Positions 9,466 to 19,267 of a stretch of 64,000 bases of DNA are shown here, piece after piece. Position 1 is the first letter of the stretch. Every line of letters begins with the position of its first letter. This DNA comes from Giardia intestinalis (lineage: Eukaryota): NCBI GenBank assembly GCA_000002435.2, contig CM018793.1; one strand, written 5' to 3'. A model generated the notes under the pieces. That model had not been told where the DNA came from. It worked only from the letters and a program-made list of their open reading frames with translations, and searched no databases. Made by a program: the position numbers and the translations under genes.

Positions 9466-10991
9466 ATGATGGGCTCTGCCGCCACAACGTTACTATTGAT
9501 GCCCCTGTTTGTAGCAAGCGTGCTCGTGGAAGCCTGCCAAACTGGCAAGTGCGAGACGGTCGGGTCCGCTGAGATCTGCACCGAGTTCAACGGCTACGGT
9601 CTCAATCTGCCCTGACGGACGGAGTGTGCATAACGGACAATAACGAGTGCAGCTAAAAACAAGGTGGTAAGTGCACACAGGTTAAGGCTGGATACTTCCT
9701 GCCGTCGGGCGTTAATAATGCGCACGACTCAGTTGTCTGGTGCGGGGATGCAACGGGTGTAACGCTTACTGGCAATAAGAAGTACACGGGCGTGGCTGGG
9801 TGTGGTAAGTGTGAGAAACCCGGTGAAGCACAGGATGGTACTCCCAAGGCCGCCACATGCACTGAGTGCCAGGCAGATAAGTATCTGAAGACAGAATCGG
9901 GGACAGCCTCTTGTGTCAGTGCAGAGGAGTGTAAGGATGGATTCTTCCCCACAGCCGATGCACAAGGCAAGAAGGTGTGTGCTAAGTGCAGCGATACTGC
10001 CAATGGTGGCATAGAGGACTGTGCAAAGTGCTCTCTCAAGGCAACGTCTGCAAGAGCAGGTCCAATGGTTACGTGCTCTGGGTGTGAGACCAAAAGACTG
10101 AGCCCCCTTAATGATGCATGTCTGGAGGAGTGCCCTGCCGGCACATATCCCGATAATCGTGACAGTACCGGCATTTGCGCTTCCTGTCACAATACATGCG
10201 CAAGCTGTAGTACTAACGCAGAAACGTCGTGCACGGCCTGCTATCCAGGGTATGTGTTGAATCGGTCGTCTGGTGACACAGGAACGTGCATAAAAGAGTG
10301 CACGGGAGACTTTATGGCCCACTGCAAGGCCGACGGCTGCTCACTGAACGTCGGAGGCTCGAAGTACTGCGATCAGTGCGAGGATGGGTACGCCCCAGTC
10401 GACGGCGTTTGCACTAAGGTGGCCAGCACAACGAGAGATGCCTCCGGATGTAAGGCAAGTGGCGGGAAATGCACTGAGTGTGGGGCAAACTACGCTCTGT
10501 TATCGGGCGGATGCTACAATACAAATAAGGTCCCCGGTAACTCTGTATGCACGTTATCCGTAGGCGGAAAGTGTACTATGTGCGTAGCAAGTGGAGCAGA
10601 TCCCAAAGGACAAGCCTGTCCTACATGCCCTGATGGTTGTTTGAAGTGTACTGGTAACGTCGGTTCTCAGACCTGTTCTGTCTGCCTTTCTGGATATTAT
10701 CTTTCTACTAATAAGTGCTTTAGGTGTACAGCAGGTGACGGAGCTAGTGCCAACGCAATCACTGGTGTAGAGAACTGCATAAGCTGTGCCCCTCCAACTG
10801 GTGGCAATGGCGGCTCTGTTACTTGCTATGTCAAGAATGATGACAGCACTGGCGACAACACCGGTGGAAGCACGAATAAGAGCGGGCTCTCCACAGGCGC
10901 CATCGCCGGCATCGCTGTTGCAGCCGTCGTCGTTGTCGGGGGTCTCGTCGGGTTCCTCTGCTGGTGGTTCATTGGCCGCAGAAAAGCATAA
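9466..10991 (+). pseudogene. Variant-specific surface protein (VSP)-like gene, apparently disrupted
   Basis: Frame 1 (9466-9615) encodes a VSP-type signal peptide and start of the Cys-rich body, MMGSAATTLLLMPLFVASVLVEACQTGKCETVGSAEICTEFNGYGLNLP, then a TGA stop. The Cys-rich body continues in frame 0 (...TDGVCITDNNECS*KQGGKCTQVKAGYFLPSG... through to 10991), which needs a frameshift near 9605-9615 and reads through an in-frame TAA at 9654-9656. A conserved CTEC looks mutated to CTEF. The C-terminal tail is ...[17 protein letters not shown] rather than the canonical ...CRGKA. The downstream body is full of CXXC motifs, and an AGTAAAT polyA motif lies at 11009-11015. Confidence 0.55.
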
Positions 10992-11008
10992 GTGACGTTT
11001 GCTCAGGT

Positions 11009-11015
11009 AGTAAAT
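11009..11015 (+). promoter_or_regulatory. Putative polyadenylation signal AGTAAAT downstream of the VSP-like gene
   Basis: ggtAGTAAAT lies 18 nt after the stop at 10989-10991. The same ggtagtaaa context follows the second VSP. Confidence 0.45.
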
Positions 11016-12697
11016 GTGTACCCGCACGGGCTGTAGGCTTGTCTATGCCACGCTAGGACCCTGAGTGCAATCGTGCACCACATTCGGGAGACGGAAGGGA
11101 AAGCCCAAGGATGAGTAGTCAGATGACTCTGGAGTCTTACCCGCGCCGTTTTCAGCCGACGTGAGGTGTCTCATTGGATCTGTGTATCGATAAGGCCCCT
11201 CCTGCTCTGACGGATCCTTTTTACCCTAAGAAACCTACCCGCTGTGGGAGCTGCGCCAGGGACAGAGTTCGACGCCCTGTGTAGGACTGCGGTGGCAGAA
11301 GAGCTCATGGGTGATGTACACTGTCACCACGTGCTTGTTTACTCTGCTCCATCAAGGTTGATTTGCCGGCTGCTGTCTGGGTAAATCCGTCAACTATGCG
11401 AGTCACCATGCTAGGCGGTCTCCTTGCTCATCCATCTAGAATCTGGACATCGCATGTAGCGCACTCAGAGCCCGCAAGGCAGCCCACCCAGGCCTGATCT
11501 GTCCGAGGATGGGATGATTGTAGACAGCAAGCGGGGGCTCTCCTCCACTGGTGTAGAGGGACAACTAGGGGCTCCGTGCAATCGTTGCCTCCGTGTCTCG
11601 GGGAGTGCAACGCAAGCTGGAGATCAGACCAGCCCGACGACCAGAACCAGAACCAGAAGCCCGACATCTGGCTCGTCGACAGATGCAAGGCGGTGGGCGT
11701 GGGTGTCATCCAGCAACCGCATGGATACCACAGCGAGAGGACAGAGGCACAGGGACATTCTCAACCATCTACGGGATGGACGGCTCCCCACTCCAGAGAC
11801 GCCAGGAAGGCCCCGCGGGCACCGAGAGTTCTGCCTGGCCCTCACTGTCCTGTGGCAGCCAATGAATACCCAGCAACTGCCCCCTGTCAACCTGTTTCTA
11901 ACCACCAACTGGACCCACTGTGGGACCAGAGTGACTGCGACTGAGAAGGCGTGCTACCCCAGAACCACGGTTGGACGGACACCGAGGGGCAACAGAGGCG
12001 ACTATCATCACTCTCAGAGAGCCACGGCGATAGAGGGCCTACCCGCTCCCAGGGGAAGCAACGACCAAAGATAAATAGCGGCGCTCCCTCATAGCGAGCC
12101 ACGGCCTCATCCACTTCCTATTGCCAAGATAGACTCTCACCGAATCAGGACCGCCAGTGGATCCGAAGCCCCAACGGCTACTGCCGTCGTGACAGGTGGG
12201 TGCATTGTTAAAGAGAATGCAAAGGCCCGCCCTCGCCCGTTGTGAAGCAGGGCCAAGGAGGAGGTCACCTCTAGGGACCACACGAGGCCGTAAGAAGGTC
12301 GGAGCCCCGGGCAGACTGGCGTGCGAGCACTTCTGGAGGCACGCTCGGCCTGAGCACACGCCCGTTGAGCGATCGAAGGAGGCGCCAGGCTCTGGAGTAC
12401 TGATAGAGGAAATCTTTCACTATGCCATCCGCGATCACCCTTCGCCTTTGGGTACGATCAGGAGCTGAGAGAGGCTTGCTTGTGAGACATCTGAACTGCG
12501 CCTGTGGATAGGCCTCGGTGACACAACACCAGAGGCCACAGAGGAGCGCTGGTGTGGTAAGCGACACTACTACTGGATGGAGTGCGCTGGAAGATCCTAG
12601 AGAGGATCCTTGCGGGCTAATTGGCTGTTAAACATTCTTCTCCTGACGTCTCATGTTACTGAGTGAAACACACAAGTAACACGTGAGTCGAGCACCA

Positions 12698-14155
12698 ATG
12701 TTACTACCAGCTCTCTGCTTTTTGATGAGCGGCCTCGCCGCGCAACGCACTAAACAACCCGCGCCCAGCTGCCAGGTCGACAACTGCGAGCAGTGTAACG
12801 CCGACAATGTCCACTGCGACCAGTGCGCAGCGGGCTTCGACCCCAACACCGACAAGACGCAGTGCGTCAGGGCGTGCCAGGTCGACAACTGCGAGCAGTG
12901 TAACGCCGACAATGTCCACTGCGACCAGTGCGCAGCGGGCTTCGACCCCAACACCGACAAGACGCAGTGCGTCAGGGCGTGCCAGGTCGACAACTGCGAG
13001 CAGTGTAACGCCGACAATGTCCACTGCGACCAGTGCGCAGCGGGCTTCGACCCCAACACCGACAAGACGCAGTGCGTCAGGGCGTGCCAGGTCGACAACT
13101 GCGAGCAGTGTAACGCCGACAATGTCCACTGCGACCAGTGCGCAGCGGGCTTCGACCCCAACACCGACAAGACGCAGTGCGTCAGGGCGTGCCAGGTCGA
13201 CAACTGCGAGCAGTGTAACGCCGACAATGTCCACTGCGACCAGTGCGCAGCGGGCTTCGACCCCAACACCGACAAGACGCAGTGCGTCAGGGCGTGCCAG
13301 GTCGACAACTGCGAGCAGTGTAACGCCGACAATGTCCACTGCGACCAGTGCGCAGCGGGCTTCGACCCCAACACCGACAAGACGCAGTGCGTCAGGGCGT
13401 GCCAGGTCGACAACTGCGAGCAGTGTAACGCCGACAATGTCCACTGCGACCAGTGCGCAGCGGGCTTCGACCCCAACACCGACAAGACGCAGTGCGTCAG
13501 GGCGTGCCAGGTCGACAACTGCGAGCAGTGTAACGCCGACAATGTCCACTGCGACCAGTGCGCAGCGGGCTTCGACCCCAACACCGACAAGACGCAGTGC
13601 GTCAGGGCGTGCCAGGTCGACAACTGCGAGCAGTGTAACGCCGACAATGTCCACTGCGACCAGTGCGCAGCGGGCTTCGACCCCAACACCGACAAGACGC
13701 AGTGCGTCAGGGCGTGCCAGGTCGACAACTGCGAGCAGTGTAACGCCGACAATGTCCACTGCGACCAGTGCGCAGCGGGCTTCGACCCCAACACCGACAA
13801 GACGCAGTGCGTCAGGGCGTGCCAGGTCGACAACTGCGAGCAGTGTAACGCCGACAATGTCCACTGCGACCAGTGCGCAGCGGGCTTCGACCCCAACACC
13901 GACAAGACGCAGTGCGTCAGGGCGTGCCAGGTCGACAACTGCGAGCAGTGTAACGCCGACAATGTCCACTGCGACCAGTGCGCAGCGGGCTTCGACCCCA
14001 ACACCGACAAGACGCAGTGCATATCTTCTAGTATCAACAAGAGTAGCGGCCTCTCCACGGGGGCCATAGCTGGTATCTCCGTGGCTGTGGTCGTCGTCGT
14101 GGGGGGCCTCGTGGGCTTCCTCTGCTGGTGGTTCCTGTGTAGGGGTAAGGCGTAG
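12698..14155 (+). CDS. Variant-specific surface protein (VSP) built from tandem 35-aa Cys-rich repeats
   Basis: Signal peptide [16 protein letters not shown]. Then about 12 copies of [35 protein letters not shown] (CXXC motifs). The C-terminus ...[17 protein letters not shown] is the canonical VSP transmembrane domain plus CRGKA tail. An AGTAAAC polyA motif lies at 14175-14181. The track start is GTG 12683, and the first ATG is 12698. Confidence 0.85.
   Translation: MLLPALCFLMSGLAAQRTKQPAPSCQVDNCEQCNADNVHCDQCAAGFDPNTDKTQCVRACQVDNCEQCNADNVHCDQCAAGFDPNTDKTQCVRACQVDNCEQCNADNVHCDQCAAGFDPNTDKTQCVRACQVDNCEQCNADNVHCDQCAAGFDPNTDKTQCVRACQVDNCEQCNADNVHCDQCAAGFDPNTDKTQCVRACQVDNCEQCNADNVHCDQCAAGFDPNTDKTQCVRACQVDNCEQCNADNVHCDQCAAGFDPNTDKTQCVRACQVDNCEQCNADNVHCDQCAAGFDPNTDKTQCVRACQVDNCEQCNADNVHCDQCAAGFDPNTDKTQCVRACQVDNCEQCNADNVHCDQCAAGFDPNTDKTQCVRACQVDNCEQCNADNVHCDQCAAGFDPNTDKTQCVRACQVDNCEQCNADNVHCDQCAAGFDPNTDKTQCISSSINKSSGLSTGAIAGISVAVVVVVGGLVGFLCWWFLCRGKA
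12770..14020 (+). repeat. Tandem repeat array, 105-bp unit, about 11.9 copies, apparently 100% identical, inside the VSP coding region
   Basis: The unit tgccaggtcgacaactgcgagcagtgtaacgccgacaatgtccactgcgaccagtgcgcagcgggcttcgaccccaacaccgacaagacgcagtgcgtcagggcg recurs at 12776, 12881, 12986 ... 13931. The last copy diverges after 90 bp. Confidence 0.95.
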
Positions 14156-14174
14156 ATTTAGCTGTGACTTAGGT

Positions 14175-14181
14175 AGTAAAC
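14175..14181 (+). promoter_or_regulatory. Putative polyadenylation signal AGTAAAC downstream of the tandem-repeat VSP
   Basis: aggtAGTAAAC lies 20 nt after the stop at 14153-14155. Confidence 0.5.
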
Positions 14182-15184
14182 GCTGTGTGGTCGACATGTG
14201 GGCGGTGTTCTGGCGTGGGTGAGCAGTGGGTGCCCAACGCCTCACACTGGTGGGCTGGGGCGCTGACCCAGAGTTCTAGCGCATGATGCCTGACCTCACA
14301 CCGAGTGGTAGTCGTGCTCGATCTCTGGGCTCCTGCGAATCTCGCATTCCATTGCTCCTGCAAACACGGTAGGAGGCTCGATCTGCGAGGGAGCTCTACC
14401 GGCGCCTGGACAATGGGAGTGTGCCCGATGGGCTGGAGGGACTTCTCAGAGAGACCGAAACGGAGCCCCGAGGCCGGCGCCCAGGATCCCGTGGTTCTAG
14501 ACTGACGTGTACGGTGTCCATGGTACAGAGGCCGTTAGGCTACCTGCTGGTGGAAAGATGGAGCTAGAAGAGGGCTTGACTGCGCTCACTGGTCCATAGA
14601 GAGTGGTCGAACGAGCGTGAGGACAGAGTATGCGTTACCAATGCGGAGCGGCTCTTCTATGAGACAGCGGAGACGTTAGTAAATAAGACTGGAATAGGTT
14701 ACTGTTACCTATATGCAGGAATTCGCCCGTCTCAGAAGGACAAATCGGGTTAATGACTGAGTTATCGGATTGTTAGGAGAGAACCATTGAAATGGAGGTA
14801 GTATGCTGACCATAGCTATAGGTAAGCACAATAACTGCTGATAGAGCAAGCCTAGAGGCAGAGGTAGACACCCTTGAAAGAAAACTCCGTGACTAGGCAT
14901 TGTATATTTCTGAACGTCCACAGGGAAAAGATGTCTAGCCTGCAGTTACACAGCAACGCCCGAGATAGAGAAAGGACTCACTGGATGCACTCTCTGTATA
15001 AAGATATAGATGGCCAGCGCATAGTAAGTCCAGCAGGACGTGCATCCTACTTTATTGACCGTTGACTACTTGTAATGATAAACTAGACGGAAGGTTCAGA
15101 AACACTGCACTAGGTGGTGCTCAGGTGCCAGTTAGCAATCCACCAAGACTTGAAAAGATATGAGATGGGCTGGTATGAATCAAA

Positions 15185-15847
15185 ATGATGCCTGCTTATG
15201 AAGCAACACTAGATGACTGTAAGCACGTGTATCTTCCTGACGAAGACACATTTCTCTTGATAGACACCCTAACAAAGCTCTCTGGGGAACTGCATCCTCA
15301 ATCGTTTGTGGAAATAGGTTCTGGATCTGGTGTTGTCTCTGTGCACATTCTACAGGTTTTCCCTGGGATCCGTGAGGGTCACGCTGTCGATATTTCTCCT
15401 CATGCCGTGGACATGACTCGGCGAACAGCTTCTCTGAATAATGTACCTCTTTGTGTTCACGAGGGATCTTTCTTCGAGCCGTTAGACGCTTACACAAACT
15501 CTTCCAAAGCCACACGATTTGACCTAATAGTTTTTAACCCACCGTATGTGCCTTCTTCGGAGACAGATCCCGCCCTTGGACCACTTGATCTGGCCCTGGC
15601 TGGAGGCAAGAACGGCTCCGAGGTGATGCTTAAGTTTTTCGAGCTTCTTCCCTCTTACTTGGCTCTTGATGGTCATTGTGTCACGGTAGCAATAGAGGAA
15701 AATGATATTGCAGCTCTCGAGCAAAATGGAAAAAGCAAGGGGTTTATAATGAGAATTCTCGCAGAAAAGCGCCTTCAATCCGAACACTTATATATCCTTT
15801 GCTTTTCCTGGGACAAAACCATGCTCTGTTCCAAAAAACTACCATAA
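15185..15847 (+). CDS. MTQ2: eRF1 glutamine-N5 methyltransferase Mtq2 / HemK2 (N6AMT1 family)
   Basis: 220 aa. Conserved blocks relative to yeast Mtq2: VYLPDEDTFLLID (yeast VYEPAEDSFLILD), EIGSGSGVV, LIVFNPPYVP (motif IV, NPPY) and LDLALAGGKNG. Confidence 0.8.
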   Translation: MMPAYEATLDDCKHVYLPDEDTFLLIDTLTKLSGELHPQSFVEIGSGSGVVSVHILQVFPGIREGHAVDISPHAVDMTRRTASLNNVPLCVHEGSFFEPLDAYTNSSKATRFDLIVFNPPYVPSSETDPALGPLDLALAGGKNGSEVMLKFFELLPSYLALDGHCVTVAIEENDIAALEQNGKSKGFIMRILAEKRLQSEHLYILCFSWDKTMLCSKKLP

Positions 15848-15864
15848 CTCAAACAAAAACTCCG

Positions 15865-16524
15865 ATGATTAGGCAGGACGTTCCCTCATACAAACTCTTT
15901 AACTATGCACTGCCACCGGACTACGACCCGCTAGATATACAAGAATTTACTACGGTGTTGCTTGTTGACGTTCTTGCAGCGCATAGAAGAGGCTATAACC
16001 CAGATAAGCTATTGACCATTGGGACAGGGGCTGGCCGCTTGTCCGGGGTATTCTTGCGAGTATACGACGGTCAAACTGTTGCGCTATCTGTTGATAGCAC
16101 ACAAGCATCCCTGTCTGCAGCCGTCGCAGGCCATAACATTAACGGGTATGGTGGACGCTCGGTTTACTGTATTGGGCAAGACCTTTCTGTGCTTGAAAAT
16201 GTGCCAACTGCAGCACGATTCTCTCTGATAGCATACAACCCCTACAACACGGACACCTTGCACCCAGGGAGACTACAGAGACAAGGTAGTGGTCAATCGC
16301 TCCTTGATCAGACTTTAGCAGAATTCATAGCACTGACGGCAGATTACCTAGATGAGAAGGGAAGGGCATTCATAGTCATTGAAACTACTAAAGAATTAGG
16401 AAGACATCAGAGGGCTGCAGGGCAGTTAGGCTTGCACTTCAGAATTGAGGGGTCTCGCCCATTCGAGGGCCACGACTACAGCGTTGTTCTTCTTTCGAGG
16501 CAAAAGACAGATGTATGCGCCTAA
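15865..16524 (+). CDS. Putative class I SAM-dependent methyltransferase, HemK/Mtq2-like paralog with a degenerate NP(P)Y motif
   Basis: The first ATG lies 17 bp after the Mtq2 stop (MIRQDVPSYKLFNY...). Glycine-rich loop LLTIGTGAGRLSG. Motif IV reads LIAYNPYN, that is NPY rather than NPPY. Size and fold resemble the upstream gene. Confidence 0.5.
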   Translation: MIRQDVPSYKLFNYALPPDYDPLDIQEFTTVLLVDVLAAHRRGYNPDKLLTIGTGAGRLSGVFLRVYDGQTVALSVDSTQASLSAAVAGHNINGYGGRSVYCIGQDLSVLENVPTAARFSLIAYNPYNTDTLHPGRLQRQGSGQSLLDQTLAEFIALTADYLDEKGRAFIVIETTKELGRHQRAAGQLGLHFRIEGSRPFEGHDYSVVLLSRQKTDVCA

Positions 16525-16602
16525 CAATCTAGCAACACACAGAAATTGTCAGAGAAGTCACGACATGGATTTTGGCAGCAAAAACGCGGGAAAGATTGCC
16601 AC

Positions 16603-18864
16603 TCAGTTGAAATGCTTTCTCCGTCGTGTTATGGCAAGCTTATGAGCCTCATTGTAGCGACTTATCATTGCTGACCAGTCACATAGAACTGAGGCTCTCT
16701 CTGTCTTGTGCCTAAGGTTAGTGCGTTCTATAGGAGAAAGACGCACGAAGTCTACGAGCATGTTTGCCAAGCGATCTACGCTCTCATGATAGTCTATGTA
16801 CACGCGGTCAACCACTTGGACACCGAACTTCGACATATTCCAACTATTCTTGTCATGCTCGCTGATAATATACTCTATTGATTTCTGATGCAGAATTCTG
16901 TTGCTTACAGCCTTAGAACGAAGCTCGGGCGTTGTTGTCCCGGAAGGAGACGAAGGAGTATCTGAGTCTCGTGGCGAAGCCCCATAATCAGAAACACTTC
17001 CAGAGTGAGGGTATCTCTTTGAGTTCAGGTTGGAGATTGATGTGAGAGAAGCTACGTGATGAAGACGCTCGGATTGCTCAATCACACTCTTGGACCTGTT
17101 CTTGAAGGTATCCCGGGACACCATGGACTCTATGAAGCTTCCGAAGCCACAGAGGTTTGAAACTATGCTTGGCGTGCCTGCACAGCAGCACTCTGGACTT
17201 GTATAGCCCCACGGCTCATACAGAGAACAGAATACACCCAGGGACCCGCCCAATGTGAACTCGTTGTAATCCAGTCCAACGGGACTTGTCTTAGACACAA
17301 ACTCTGGTATCCAGACAACCTTAACACGTGATTCCTTCTGATTAACCAGCCCAAGTTCCCGCATGCGCACAAGAATGGGCTCGGTTGCGTCCTGGAGCGA
17401 TGGGTCGCGCAGAGTATGCGTCATTATGGATGGAAGGTTATTTCGTGAAGCATAAGATTGTTGACAGCGCTTCATCAGGACGATGTCATTTTTACTGAGA
17501 ATGTCGCCTAGAGTAAGCGAAGCAAGATTTTGTGAAAGAGCCGTGTTGGTGAGCAGGTCAACCAAATTTGTGGAGATCTTATTTGCCAACAGTCGGGTGC
17601 AGTCCTTGATCTCTTGCATCAAGGATATCCCCTTGAGAGTGTCAACTTGGTACTGGGAAACTTGGGAAGGGGCGATGATGATACCGACCACTGTGATATC
17701 CTTGTAATCCTCGAGGAGGGGATCTCTGAAGAACCTCTCGTTCAATGAGTGCAGCGCATCGAGGAACATATCATAGCCCTTGTTCTTGTACTCGAGGCGC
17801 CCTGCGGAGAAGATAATGATAGTCTTTTCCGGATTAAAGGTCGTGCCGTAGAAGTGTCCTCTACAAAAGTCAAGAATCTTTCCGTGGTAGTAGCTATGAC
17901 TTGCACCGATGTCGCTTCCCACAGACCTTGCAGAGTCAACGTCCATTCCGTTATAGGTGATCACATCTGGAGTCTTCCCAAGGAAACACTCGGCTTCTCT
18001 GCCCGTGATTTCTGAGACCGTCGTAAACACATCCGCCGTGTGCGCTGCAGCTCGTTCGATACGGTGCTCGACGGCGATCTTGCGTCTGCTGGCCTCCATG
18101 TCCCAGTGACTTGCACACTGGTCTGCGCTCTTTTCCTTTAGTACCTGGAGACAGTCCATAAGGCAGATATTGCCTGCAGAAAGGTGTCGCCCAAGCGTTG
18201 TCGCGTGTGTAGTAAAAAGGAAGTGGAGGTGGTTCTCGCGCTGCCCTGTTTCACAATTACCATTGCGAGAATAGAGGACTTGCGCAACACAACCAATCCA
18301 CTCGTGGGAGTGCATAATCACATTGACATCAGTAAACAGAAAGCTCATGGCATGCGAGACAAAGCACCAGCCCACGACACCAAAGAGAAATGCGTTCCAG
18401 ATGTATGGCTCTCGCTCTCCGAACCCAGGGTTCGGAATCTCCAGATTGCAAGCAGTCCTAAGGATGTTTCGCGCATGATCAATCTTATGTTCGAAATGTG
18501 TTCCTGAATTGTAGATCATCGGAAGGAGAAATACTTGGGGATTGCCGGCGGTGAGCCACCGGCCGTATTTGACCCCCTTGATTCCGTAGCGTGCCTCAAA
18601 GCTGTCAATAAGCTTGTAGAGGATCTCCGATTCCTCATTTCGTTCTGCCTCTTCAAAGTTGGTTGCAAACTTATCATCCCAAGAAAGGTGAGGCCCGACC
18701 ATGAAGTAGTTGTCCCCATATTCATTCACCATCGCGGGGGCCTTTGTGCGGACGACCGTCTCGATACCCCCCACCTTGTGGATGACTTCGTAGCAAAACT
18801 CCATGCAAATGACGTCCCCGGGACCTGGTCCGCCCTCTACGTCGTACATCTGCTCCTCCTCCAT
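16603..18864 (-). CDS. Glycogen synthase (eukaryotic GT3 family)
   Basis: 753 aa. Strong blocks relative to animal and yeast glycogen synthase: MEFCYEVIHKVGGIETVVRTKA...EYGDNYFMVGP (human AWEVANKVGGIYTVLQTKA...WGDNYFLVGP), HSHEWIGCV, FLFTTHATTLGRHL (FTTHATLLGRYL), IERAAAHTADVFTTVSEIT, GHFYG, SLYEPWGYTSPEC (YEPWGYTPAEC). Confidence 0.9.
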   Translation of the reverse strand: MEEEQMYDVEGGPGPGDVICMEFCYEVIHKVGGIETVVRTKAPAMVNEYGDNYFMVGPHLSWDDKFATNFEEAERNEESEILYKLIDSFEARYGIKGVKYGRWLTAGNPQVFLLPMIYNSGTHFEHKIDHARNILRTACNLEIPNPGFGEREPYIWNAFLFGVVGWCFVSHAMSFLFTDVNVIMHSHEWIGCVAQVLYSRNGNCETGQRENHLHFLFTTHATTLGRHLSAGNICLMDCLQVLKEKSADQCASHWDMEASRRKIAVEHRIERAAAHTADVFTTVSEITGREAECFLGKTPDVITYNGMDVDSARSVGSDIGASHSYYHGKILDFCRGHFYGTTFNPEKTIIIFSAGRLEYKNKGYDMFLDALHSLNERFFRDPLLEDYKDITVVGIIIAPSQVSQYQVDTLKGISLMQEIKDCTRLLANKISTNLVDLLTNTALSQNLASLTLGDILSKNDIVLMKRCQQSYASRNNLPSIMTHTLRDPSLQDATEPILVRMRELGLVNQKESRVKVVWIPEFVSKTSPVGLDYNEFTLGGSLGVFCSLYEPWGYTSPECCCAGTPSIVSNLCGFGSFIESMVSRDTFKNRSKSVIEQSERLHHVASLTSISNLNSKRYPHSGSVSDYGASPRDSDTPSSPSGTTTPELRSKAVSNRILHQKSIEYIISEHDKNSWNMSKFGVQVVDRVYIDYHESVDRLANMLVDFVRLSPIERTNLRHKTERASVLCDWSAMISRYNEAHKLAITRRRKHFN

Positions 18865-19267
18865 CGACAGGAATTTTAAAGTTCTTTTTAAATAATATAT
18901 TTAAGCAATTGCAATTTGATGTAAAAGAGGCAAGTTTGCACTTGGCCACCTCGCCTAAGGTTGCACTTATGTAATATGCGAAGCAAGATCTATGAATCCG
19001 ACCAGGCCATAATCGTTTGTACGTTCTGTTTTATCATCTTTGTGTACTAAAGTTTATCCAATACAACTGCTGTCAGATACCATAGGGATGTAAGCGTCCA
19101 CAAGAGCGTAAAGAGACAGCCCATCTCAACTGGTCGCAAACTGCACGGCTGTGTGCCTCCAATTAAAATAGATTCAAAAAAATCTATTAATGGATTGTTG
19201 TAAGAGAAAGAAGTTCTTTGCCCCCGTTGTGACGCATGTGGCAGTAACCTCATCCGCGCGGAAATCG

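Noticed and set aside
11428-12567. Cluster of overlapping 75-186-aa ORFs in the GC-rich spacer between the VSP genes
   Set aside because: They overlap one another in multiple frames and on both strands, are Arg/Pro/Gly/Thr-rich and lack any recognisable motif. This is typical of random ORFs in GC-rich non-coding DNA.
10992-12697. Possibility that the GC-rich spacer is rDNA, since Giardia rDNA is very GC-rich and often lies near VSP and telomeric regions
   Set aside because: No segment resembles the SSU/LSU rRNA sequence as I recall it (for example the CATCCGGTCGATCCTGCCGG start), and the GC content is only moderately elevated. I cannot exclude it without a search, so it is listed as a check under the spacer finding.
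12628-14245. Very long antisense and alternate-frame ORFs across the VSP repeat array (479-513 aa on the minus strand, and a 420-aa +2-frame ORF rich in Ser/Thr/Arg)
   Set aside because: They are a by-product of a perfect 105-bp (in-frame) repeat that lacks stop codons in several frames. The products are periodic and low-complexity. Only the Cys-rich frame has a signal peptide, CXXC motifs and the CRGKA tail.
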